This document shows, piece after piece, positions 19,423 to 27,574 of a stretch of 64,000 bases of DNA. The notes beneath the pieces are model-generated. The model was not told the origin of the DNA and made no database searches. It saw nothing but the letters and a program-made list of their open reading frames with translations. Source of the stretch: an uncultured Bacteroidales bacterium (GTDB lineage: Bacteria; Bacteroidota; Bacteroidia; Bacteroidales; Paludibacteraceae); the NCBI GenBank assembly GCA_900319105.1, contig ONND01000008.1, positions 17,173 to 81,172 of the forward strand, given 5' to 3'. The stretch's first letter is position 1; each line of letters begins with the position of its first letter. The position numbers and the translations under genes were made by a program.

Positions 19423-21216
19423 TTATTGCAAAGGCGTTAATGGATATACCACGTTGACGATGAATATATTCGCCGCAAGGATGATAATATTCATTATCAG
19501 ACCTATCCGCAGGAAATCGCTAAAGCGATATCCACCGGGTCCATAGACGAGCATATGGGTAGGAGAACCTATCGGTGTGGCAAAACTACTGCTGACAGCT
19601 ATCATCAGGGCTATCAAGAAGGGATAGGGTTCGTATCCCAGTTTGACGGCCGCCTCATACATGATAGGAAAGAACATGGCTCCCGCAGCGGTATTGGAGA
19701 TAAACTCCGTGATGAAGGTACCGGCAAAACAAACCGCCGTCATTACCACGATCGGGTTGGTGCCGCATATATCCAATATACCATTCGCCATACGTTCAGC
19801 GATACCTGTTTTCTCGATAGCCAATCCCAGGACGGCACTACAAGCGAACACCATCAATATATCCCAGTTGATGGAGCGCATCGCCTGCTCGGGAGTGCAG
19901 CAACGGAAGATAAGCATCGCCAACACCGCTAAGGTTGCGCATTTGAGCAGTGACATCACGCCAAGCGCAGAAAGCGCCACCATTGCAATCATGATGAAGG
20001 TTGAGACAAAGGTCTTCCAACCAATATTAGGCAGCTCCTCCGAGTCAAAGAAATGCAGATCACGACTTAATGCTTTTGTATCCGTCCGGAACTCGTTCAT
20101 ACTCTCAAGAAGGAGCGTGTCACCGGCTTTGAGCACCACATCCCTCGGCGACTGCTCCAGACGTTTGCCGCGACGGCTGACTGCCACCAAGGTTACTTTA
20201 TTCTCTTTCTCAAATCCGTTTGTCCCCATCGTGGAACCGATGAGATTACTTCCGAAAGTGACATACGCGGTACGCAGCATGTGAGCGTTTCGCTTCACCT
20301 CTTTAAGACTGAATACATGATGAATGGAATTGACCAGTCCATGCGTTTTCTCCAGTTCGAGCAGTTCCGCAATTTGGCCGGCATACACCAGACGATCCCC
20401 GCCCATGACGGGCTCGTCGTCCGGTACGGGTGAGATAATAGATTCTCCGTCAAAATGGCGTATTTCGATAAGACTACCTCCCGCCACCGTGCTGAGTCCG
20501 GCTTCGGCGATAGTCTTTCCTATATTGGGGTTATCCGAAGGAACCAGCATCTCTACCGTGTATTCGCCGGTATCCTCAAATTCCTCCTCAGGAGATTTTC
20601 TATTGGGCAAGAGACGCCTCATGGCGATGATTGAAAGAACGCCGACAGCCAGACAGAACAGCCCCGGAATGGTGGTAGCAAAGATATTCATAGCCTGCCC
20701 TGTTTGTTCCTCATACAGTCCGCTGATAATCAGGTTTGGCGGCGTACCAATCAGGGTACACACGCCTCCCATCCCGGAGGCATAACTAAGCGGAATCAGG
20801 AGTTTTGAAGGCGTTATGCCGAGTTTCTTCGACCACATCTTCACGATGTTCACGAACAGGGCGACAACGGTAGTGTTGCTCAAGAACGAACTCAAAGCCG
20901 CGACAGGCAGCATCAATCGTACCACCGCCTTAGGATATGTTTCCGGAGTACCAAGCAGATTTCTCACTATCCATTGCAGCACCCCCGTGTGAGTCAGTCC
21001 TGCGATAACAACGAACAGCACGCCTACGACCACCACCGAGGTCTGACTGATACCGGAGAGGGCTTCCTTGGTATCAAGGACCCCCGTGACAAACAAAACA
21101 CCTATCGCCATGAGAAAGACGATATCCGAGCGCAACTTGGTAAACAACAGAACGGAGAACATCGTCAGTACCGTTCCGATAGTTATCCAAGCATCCAATC
21201 CAAATCCCAAAAACAT
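19423..21216 (-). CDS. SLC13/DASS family permease with two central TrkA-C domains
   Basis: Multi-TM N- and C-terminal halves flank two soluble TrkA-C-like repeats. The track start at 21231 is TTG, so I prefer ATG 21216. Confidence 0.8.
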   Translation of the reverse strand: MFLGFGLDAWITIGTVLTMFSVLLFTKLRSDIVFLMAIGVLFVTGVLDTKEALSGISQTSVVVVGVLFVVIAGLTHTGVLQWIVRNLLGTPETYPKAVVRLMLPVAALSSFLSNTTVVALFVNIVKMWSKKLGITPSKLLIPLSYASGMGGVCTLIGTPPNLIISGLYEEQTGQAMNIFATTIPGLFCLAVGVLSIIAMRRLLPNRKSPEEEFEDTGEYTVEMLVPSDNPNIGKTIAEAGLSTVAGGSLIEIRHFDGESIISPVPDDEPVMGGDRLVYAGQIAELLELEKTHGLVNSIHHVFSLKEVKRNAHMLRTAYVTFGSNLIGSTMGTNGFEKENKVTLVAVSRRGKRLEQSPRDVVLKAGDTLLLESMNEFRTDTKALSRDLHFFDSEELPNIGWKTFVSTFIMIAMVALSALGVMSLLKCATLAVLAMLIFRCCTPEQAMRSINWDILMVFACSAVLGLAIEKTGIAERMANGILDICGTNPIVVMTAVCFAGTFITEFISNTAAGAMFFPIMYEAAVKLGYEPYPFLIALMIAVSSSFATPIGSPTHMLVYGPGGYRFSDFLRIGLIMNIIILAANIFIVNVVYPLTPLQ

Positions 21217-21241
21217 TATCTCTATTGACAAAAAACGGCTG

Positions 21242-21272
21242 CAAAATTACTGCTTTTTTTCGATATATGCAA
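21242..21272 (-). promoter_or_regulatory. sigma-A type promoter for the SLC13 permease
   Basis: The minus strand reads cTTGcatatatcgaaaaaaagcagTAATTTTGc. It is nearly identical to the promoter at 29654-29684. Confidence 0.7.
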
Positions 21273-21353
21273 GAAAAATCAAAGGATTTTTATACTAATG
21301 TCGAAAGACGCACACCTTGCAGGATGGTTTCGAACAGTATGCTTGCATGTATC

Positions 21354-24300
21354 TTAATCATCGAAGAATCCTAATTGGCTGATAGCGGTTAGCATCCGGT
21401 TGACATAGGCTGTATCGGGTGTGGACCAATGGAAGCCCATACGGAGGAGGACGGCGGAGGTGAAGCGGTTGTTGCGCTCGATAGCGACCGCTTTTTGTCC
21501 GTGTGTCATGTCTTGGTATGCCAAAAGGGCTGACATAAGACTGGCTTTCTTCGGGTCCTGACTGGCATCGAGGATCGCTTGCTGGAACTCCTCATCCTCC
21601 ACATAACGGATGGACTTACCGATCTTATCAAATCCCGCGAGAATATCTCCCAAGAGGTCGGTATGATTGTTAAATGGCTGGAAGACAGTCAGTTCCTTCG
21701 GTGTATGTGCAAGCAGAACAACCGCTTTGGCCGTCTCGTCCACAGGCGAGAACTCCGCCGGCGAGTCGTATTCGTCGATCGGGCAGCAGCCGAGCGTAGA
21801 GAAGACCTTCAAACGTCCCATATAACTGTTCGTCTGGAAATTCGCCTGGAACTCCCCGTCGTAGCTACGCGCCGCGAGGTTACCGACACGCATGATCTTG
21901 GCATTGAGTCCCTGACGCGCCACGGCATCGAGGATGACACGTTCTGCCAAGAACTTAGACCGCATATAGCGGTTGTCGAGGAACTGGCCGAAATAGAGCA
22001 CACGCTCGGTCAGTTCGGGTACCGCCATACCGTCGCCCCTCTCGACCCAGATCTCTCCGACCGACGTAGTGGATATATGTACCAGTCGTGCACCGGTCTT
22101 GAGACAGAACTCCACGCAGCGCTCCGCACCGCCTATATTGACCTGCTCGATATCATCGGTCTTGGAGAAATGCTTCACGTTCGCCGCACAGTTAAAGACG
22201 GTGTTGATAAGACCGCTAACGCTGACAGAGATGTCGCTTGTCACGTCGCCGTTGACGACGAAAAGGCGGGTGCCAAAGAGGTCATCAAAATGGCGGTTGA
22301 AATAATAGAATAGCAAGTTACGCAGACGTCGCTCCGCGTCATGTTGGTCTTTTCCGCGAACAAGACAGGTAATGGTCTTGGCATCGGAGTCGATCAGCTC
22401 GCGCAGAACATGGATGCCTAAGTAGCCGGTAGCTCCGGTCAGGAGGACATTATCCAGTGCACAGAGGGGCGAAGTGCTATGTACAAAGTTCTCCAGGGTG
22501 TTCTTCGCTAAGACTTCATGGATGGCTGAATAGTCGAAATCCTTTTCCTCTTGTTTTTTTTCCTTTGGGTCATTTGAGTCGCCGGACAGGAACTGTGCCA
22601 GGAGACGCGGAGTCGGGTGCGTGAAGATATCACCATAAGCAACGTGTTTGCCGGCCTTGTCCGCCTCGATAATAACGCGGGTGACCATGAGCGACGTACC
22701 GCCCAGTTCGAAGAAATTATCCGTAGCGCCTATCTTATCCTGGTTGAGAATCGAAGCGAAGATATCACAGAAGAGCTTCTCGTTGTCGTTGGACGGCGCT
22801 ACATACTCGCGGTCGGTATCCGTCAGTTGCGGTGCCGGCAGCGCACGTTTGTTCACTTTCTGGTTCTGGTTTAGAGGAATAGCGTCTATCTGCATAGTCG
22901 AAGCCGGTACCATATAAGGCGGCTTGCGGTCGCGGATAAAGGCATTGAGCGTCGGGATGGCGATCTTCACATCGCTGACGATATAGGCGGCGATGAACTT
23001 ACCTCCGTTGGGATAGTCGAAGGCCTGGACGGTAGCGTCCTTGATACCCGGGAACTCACGAATGACCGCTTCTACCTCTTTGAGTTCGATACGGAAACCG
23101 CGGATCTTGACCTGTCCGTCCTGGCGTCCGACAAACTGGATATTACCATCCGGCAGATAACGGACGATGTCGCCGGTGCGGTAGCAGCGGAGACCATTCC
23201 ATTCGATATAAGTCTCGGCGGTCTTGTCGGGACGGTTGAGGTAACCACGGCTGACCTGCGGACCGGAGACGAGCAGTTCGCCTGTCGATCCGACCGGCAC
23301 GCGATGGAGGTCCTGATCGACGATAAAGAGCCGGACGTTATCCAGCGGCTTGCCAATAGGGATGTTCTTCTCCTGCTCATGCATCGGGTACGTCGTGGTG
23401 AAGATAGTACACTCGGTCGGACCGTACGCATTATGGAGTTGGTAGTTAGCCGGCGGCGCAAGGGTCGCGAGTTTCTCTCCTCCGACAGACAAATGGCGGA
23501 GCGAATGGTTGTCGCAGTTCTGCGCGAACTGGTAGCCGACCTGCGTGGTCATGAACGAATGGGTGATACCTTCCGCCTCGAAATAATGATTCAGGTCAGG
23601 CAGGTTCAGACGGATATCCTCGCCGATAATATAGACGGCGGCACCACACGTCAGCGCCGGGTACATATCCATCATGTTCGCATCGAAGCCGTACGAAGCA
23701 TATGCCGCTACCTTGTCTCCGGCATGGAGATCGTAGTAGCGCTGGTACCAATGGCAGAACGCCACGAGATTGCGGTGCTCCAACTGGCATCCTTTGGGCA
23801 CGCCCGTCGAACCGGAGGTATAAAGCAAGATGAATAAATCTTCCGGATGTATATTGGTGATTTTTAATTTGTCATTTGTTACTTGTAATGACTCTAACTC
23901 TTTGGTGAGCAGAACCGGTCCCTCATATTTGTTGACGATAGCACGAAGGTCTTCATCCGCAATAAGGAGAGTGGCATTCGCATCCTTCATCATGAAGTTC
24001 AAACGCTCTGCCGGATAAGACGGATCGAGCGGCTGATAAGCACAGCCGGCTTTGAGAGCCGCCAAGGAAGCGACCACCATCCATTCGGAGCGGTTGATGA
24101 GGATCGATACAACCGGTTCTTTCTTATCATTACCGATGACCTCTTTGATACGCGCCGCGATCGCGTCCGTACGCGCATCCACCTCTTTATAAGTGAGTCG
24201 CGTGTCATGATAGACAACGGCGATGTTATCGGGTGTCTCAGCCGTCTGGCGACGGAAGAGAGAGACGATGGTCTGGGTGTCGTCATACGGCACTTCGGTC

Positions 24301-27248
24301 TGGTTGAAAGAATCGAGTATTGCTGTCTGCTCCTCGTTGAGGAGCGAGATAGACCGCAGAGGCGCGTTCGTGTTCGCAGCGAAAGCCTGAACTGCGTTCG
24401 CCACCGACTGAGCGAGGTTGGTGATGAGTGCATCGCTGTACCATCCATTATCGAACTCAACGGCTATACTCGGTACGCCGTCCATCGGCATGATATAGAA
24501 CGCTATCTTGAACTTCGGTACGTTCTGCTCCATGGTCTCGTCGGCGAAGACGGGTTTGCCAAAGACGGAGTAATTGCTCAACACGCCCATCTGGTAAGCG
24601 AACATGATCTCCGCCTTGAGGTCGTAGTCCGCGGATACGCGTGCAAACGGATAGTCCTCATGCGAGAGGGTCTGCTCGAAATTCTGCGCGTTCTCCTGGA
24701 TGAACTCCTCTACCGTCTGGCTCGCTATCTTAGCGGTAAGGGCGAGGGTGTTGACGAACATACCCATGGTGTTATTAACCCGCAGGTTGCTTCGTCCGTT
24801 GGAGATGGTAGTGATGCACACCTGCTCTGTGCCGGCAAAGCGGGCGAGAGCATAATAGACTGCACTGAGCAGCACCGCAGCGGGTGTCACGCCTAACTGC
24901 GCGGCATATTTCTCCGCCGTGTTCATATCGAACGGTACGCACACACGTCCGTTCTCTCCTTGCGGCAGGGCGTTGGTGAGGTCAGGTTGGATCTCAGTGA
25001 CGCTCTCTACGCCGGCGAGATGCTCTGCGAAGAAAGCCTCAGCCTTCTTGAACGCCTCCCCTTCTTGAGCCGCTTTCTGCTCCGCCACGAACTGAGGATA
25101 AGAGCACATCTCCGGCTCTATCTCACGGCCTTCGAGCAGGTCGCATAGCTCGTGAATGAAGAGGTCATAGGAGGCTCCGTCGCAAACGAGGTGGTGTATA
25201 TCGCTAAGGAGGTACACGTTCTTCATCGTGCGGACGATAGCGAAGCGGAAGAGCAGGTCTTTCGACAGATTGAACGGTCGTACGAACTCATGCTTGAAAG
25301 CGTCCATCTGCGACTCATCGAGTGTCTGTTCGGGGATATTGATATTCGCCTCGTTCATCTGTTGGGTATCGATGGTCTGGATAACATCGGCCTCTTGCGT
25401 AGCAAAATGCACAAAGAGCTCGGAATGGTTGAGCACCGCTTTGCGTACCGCCTGACGCAGGGCTTCCGTCTCCACCTCTAACGGCATCTGGGTGCAGATC
25501 GGCACGTTATAGAGCGTCGAGGTCGGGTTCTTCATACACTCGAAATAGACACCCATCTGAGCAAAAGAGAGGCCTACCCCCGTCCCCTCCCTAAAAGGAG
25601 GGGTGGTTTGTGCGTCGCTTTCTCCCTTCCCTTTAGGGGAGGGTTGGGGAGAGGCTACTAGTTCCTTCAATATCTCATTCTCAATAGCCTGCAGCGTGAT
25701 ACCTTTGGTCATCTGTTTGGCGTCGAGTTGGACTCCGAAACGCTTGAACACTTGGGTGGCTAACTTAATGGCGGCGATGGAGGAGAGACCCATATACCGC
25801 AGGTCGGTCGTGATACCAAAATCCTCCATGTTGACGATCTTCGCAATGATGTCATGCAGTTCCTGCTCCAAGACATTGAGCGGCGCCGCAGCGGCGGTTG
25901 TCTCTGCTTCGGGTTTCGGTGCTTCGGGCTTCGGCAGGGCCCGTTTATCCACTTTCTGGTTCGGATTAAGGGGTATCTTGTCTATCTGCATCGTCACGGC
26001 AGGCACCATGTAAGGCGGTTTGCTGTCGCCGATAAACGCATTGAGTTCATCAATATTGATGGTCTGGTCGCTGACGATATAGGCAGCGATGAACTTACCG
26101 CCGTCAGGATAGTCGAAGGCTTGTACCGTCGCATCTTTGATGCCGGGGAACTCACGGATGATCGCTTCCACCTCTTTGAGCTCGATACGGAAACCACGTA
26201 TCTTGACTTGTCCGTCCCGCCTGCCGACGAACTCGATATTACCGTCCTCGCGGTAGTGGACTATATCGCCGGTCCTATAACAGCGTAAGCCGTTCCACTC
26301 CACAAAGACCTCCGCGGTCTTCTCCGGCTGGTTGAGGTAACCGAGCGATACCTGCGGACCGGCTACATACAGTTCGCCGTCTGAGCCGGTAGGCACTTCC
26401 TTGCCGTCCTGACCGACGACGAAGAGTTGTGTACCGTTCGTATTGGCTTTGCCTATGGGGATGTTGGGTTCGTTCTGCGTGACAAAGAAACTGCTGACAT
26501 AAACCGTACACTCCGTCGGACCATAGCAGTTCATGAGTTGGTATTGAGGCGGGTCAAGACTAATGAGTTTCTCGCCGCCTGTTCCGAGCCATTGCAAGCC
26601 CGGTATTTCGGGATAATTGAGCACAAGCTGGGTGGCCATCTGGGTGGTCATGAAGCAGTGGGTGATGTGCTCGTCCTGGATATATTGGTTGAGTCCCTCC
26701 AGGTCAAAACGGATCTCGTCGCCCACAATACAGATCGTGGCACCAGCCTGAACGCAGGACCATAGGTCCATCTGGAAGGCATCAAAACCATACCCGGCAT
26801 AGGTGGCGTACTTGCTTTGCGGGGTCAAGCCGATGGCCTGAATATGAAAATCCAGGAATGCCATGAGGTTCGCTTCGCTCAACATGACACCTTTGGGAAC
26901 ACCGGTCGTGCCGGAGGTATAAAGCAGTACGAATGCCTCGTTACCGTCATACTTAGAAGCATCTTCGCGCATGTAGTTCAGTCGCTCTTCTGGATAGGTT
27001 CCGTCGAGCGGCATAGCGGTCAGGCCTGCCTTAGCGATCGCGAGGGGGACAAGTACCATTAGTTCATTACGGGGCACGATGAACGCTGCCACTTTGTCGC
27101 CGCAACGGGTGACGTACTGCGGATCGAGGGTGTCTGACAGACGGTCCGCCTCGGCGAAGGTAATTCGTTTGTCTCCTGCGATGCAGAAGATGTCGTTCGG
27201 CCGCTCGGCAACGTGTTTCTTGAAGTATTCGACTACGTGTTTCATCAT
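21354..27248 (-). CDS. dimodular non-ribosomal peptide synthetase, A-T-C-A-T-R (terminal thioester reductase)
   Basis: 1964 aa. A1: LLYTSGTTGVPKG, YRTGD, KIRGFRIEL. T1: YMGLSSIAA. C: HHLVCDG (about 25178-25198). A2: LLYTSGSTGVPKG, YRTGD. T2: LGGTSLM. R: LLTGATGYLG, an SDR fold running to the C-terminus. Confidence 0.95.
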   Translation of the reverse strand: MMKHVVEYFKKHVAERPNDIFCIAGDKRITFAEADRLSDTLDPQYVTRCGDKVAAFIVPRNELMVLVPLAIAKAGLTAMPLDGTYPEERLNYMREDASKYDGNEAFVLLYTSGTTGVPKGVMLSEANLMAFLDFHIQAIGLTPQSKYATYAGYGFDAFQMDLWSCVQAGATICIVGDEIRFDLEGLNQYIQDEHITHCFMTTQMATQLVLNYPEIPGLQWLGTGGEKLISLDPPQYQLMNCYGPTECTVYVSSFFVTQNEPNIPIGKANTNGTQLFVVGQDGKEVPTGSDGELYVAGPQVSLGYLNQPEKTAEVFVEWNGLRCYRTGDIVHYREDGNIEFVGRRDGQVKIRGFRIELKEVEAIIREFPGIKDATVQAFDYPDGGKFIAAYIVSDQTINIDELNAFIGDSKPPYMVPAVTMQIDKIPLNPNQKVDKRALPKPEAPKPEAETTAAAAPLNVLEQELHDIIAKIVNMEDFGITTDLRYMGLSSIAAIKLATQVFKRFGVQLDAKQMTKGITLQAIENEILKELVASPQPSPKGKGESDAQTTPPFREGTGVGLSFAQMGVYFECMKNPTSTLYNVPICTQMPLEVETEALRQAVRKAVLNHSELFVHFATQEADVIQTIDTQQMNEANINIPEQTLDESQMDAFKHEFVRPFNLSKDLLFRFAIVRTMKNVYLLSDIHHLVCDGASYDLFIHELCDLLEGREIEPEMCSYPQFVAEQKAAQEGEAFKKAEAFFAEHLAGVESVTEIQPDLTNALPQGENGRVCVPFDMNTAEKYAAQLGVTPAAVLLSAVYYALARFAGTEQVCITTISNGRSNLRVNNTMGMFVNTLALTAKIASQTVEEFIQENAQNFEQTLSHEDYPFARVSADYDLKAEIMFAYQMGVLSNYSVFGKPVFADETMEQNVPKFKIAFYIMPMDGVPSIAVEFDNGWYSDALITNLAQSVANAVQAFAANTNAPLRSISLLNEEQTAILDSFNQTEVPYDDTQTIVSLFRRQTAETPDNIAVVYHDTRLTYKEVDARTDAIAARIKEVIGNDKKEPVVSILINRSEWMVVASLAALKAGCAYQPLDPSYPAERLNFMMKDANATLLIADEDLRAIVNKYEGPVLLTKELESLQVTNDKLKITNIHPEDLFILLYTSGSTGVPKGCQLEHRNLVAFCHWYQRYYDLHAGDKVAAYASYGFDANMMDMYPALTCGAAVYIIGEDIRLNLPDLNHYFEAEGITHSFMTTQVGYQFAQNCDNHSLRHLSVGGEKLATLAPPANYQLHNAYGPTECTIFTTTYPMHEQEKNIPIGKPLDNVRLFIVDQDLHRVPVGSTGELLVSGPQVSRGYLNRPDKTAETYIEWNGLRCYRTGDIVRYLPDGNIQFVGRQDGQVKIRGFRIELKEVEAVIREFPGIKDATVQAFDYPNGGKFIAAYIVSDVKIAIPTLNAFIRDRKPPYMVPASTMQIDAIPLNQNQKVNKRALPAPQLTDTDREYVAPSNDNEKLFCDIFASILNQDKIGATDNFFELGGTSLMVTRVIIEADKAGKHVAYGDIFTHPTPRLLAQFLSGDSNDPKEKKQEEKDFDYSAIHEVLAKNTLENFVHSTSPLCALDNVLLTGATGYLGIHVLRELIDSDAKTITCLVRGKDQHDAERRLRNLLFYYFNRHFDDLFGTRLFVVNGDVTSDISVSVSGLINTVFNCAANVKHFSKTDDIEQVNIGGAERCVEFCLKTGARLVHISTTSVGEIWVERGDGMAVPELTERVLYFGQFLDNRYMRSKFLAERVILDAVARQGLNAKIMRVGNLAARSYDGEFQANFQTNSYMGRLKVFSTLGCCPIDEYDSPAEFSPVDETAKAVVLLAHTPKELTVFQPFNNHTDLLGDILAGFDKIGKSIRYVEDEEFQQAILDASQDPKKASLMSALLAYQDMTHGQKAVAIERNNRFTSAVLLRMGFHWSTPDTAYVNRMLTAISQLGFFDD
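23866..23900. repeat. AT-rich period-7/8 array inside NRPS module 2
   Basis: aatttgtc atttgtt acttgta atgactc taactc. Encodes LQVTNDKLKITNI between the A2 and A3 core motifs. Resembles the reverse complement of the AAATGACC family. Confidence 0.7.
25572..25656. repeat. pair of GC-rich hairpin elements in the NRPS T1-C linker
   Basis: cccctcc-ctaaaa-ggagggg (25584-25603) and ctcccttccc-ttta-ggggagggttggggagag (25622-25653). Encodes SPQPSPKGKGESDAQTTPPFREGTGVG. Confidence 0.85.
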
Positions 27249-27257
27249 GGGGGGGGG
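27249..27257. repeat. G9 (C9 on the coding strand) homopolymer abutting the NRPS start codon
   Basis: Positions 27249-27257 are all G. The NRPS ATG is the complement of 27246-27248. The STAS stop is at 27268-27270. Confidence 0.95.
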
Positions 27258-27267
27258 TAGGTTTGAT

Positions 27268-27570
27268 TTATTCGATGGTGAAGATGTTTTGGAAACCGCT
27301 CATGCGGAAGATGTCATTGACGTCCTCATTGAGGTGGGTGACGCGGATAGAACCGCCTTTCGCCTCGGCCTCCCGCTTGAGTTGCATGAAGAAGCGCAGG
27401 CCCGCGGAAGAGATATACTCCAGCTGGGTGCAGTCGATCTCCAGCGCTTGGTCCGTAAGCGCCAGCACTTGGTTGAGTTCATCTACTTGGTTCGTCGTCG
27501 CCGTCGTGTCCAACTCGCCGATAAGGCAAACACGCGTCTCTTGGTCATTCGGTTGAATAGTGATGTTCAT
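27268..27570 (-). CDS. STAS-domain protein (anti-sigma-factor antagonist, SpoIIAA/RsbV-like)
   Basis: 100 aa from ATG 27570. LEYISSAGLRFFMQL contains the conserved phosphorylatable Ser context. Lies 4 nt after the upstream stop. Confidence 0.85.
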   Translation of the reverse strand: MNITIQPNDQETRVCLIGELDTTATTNQVDELNQVLALTDQALEIDCTQLEYISSAGLRFFMQLKREAEAKGGSIRVTHLNEDVNDIFRMSGFQNIFTIE

Positions 27571-27574
27571 ATTT

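Noticed and set aside
19226-19546. 106-aa ORF in the secDF upstream region
   Set aside because: It covers the secDF promoter and the 3' end of the SLC13 gene on the opposite strand. The sequence is AT-rich and low complexity, and there is no supporting signal.
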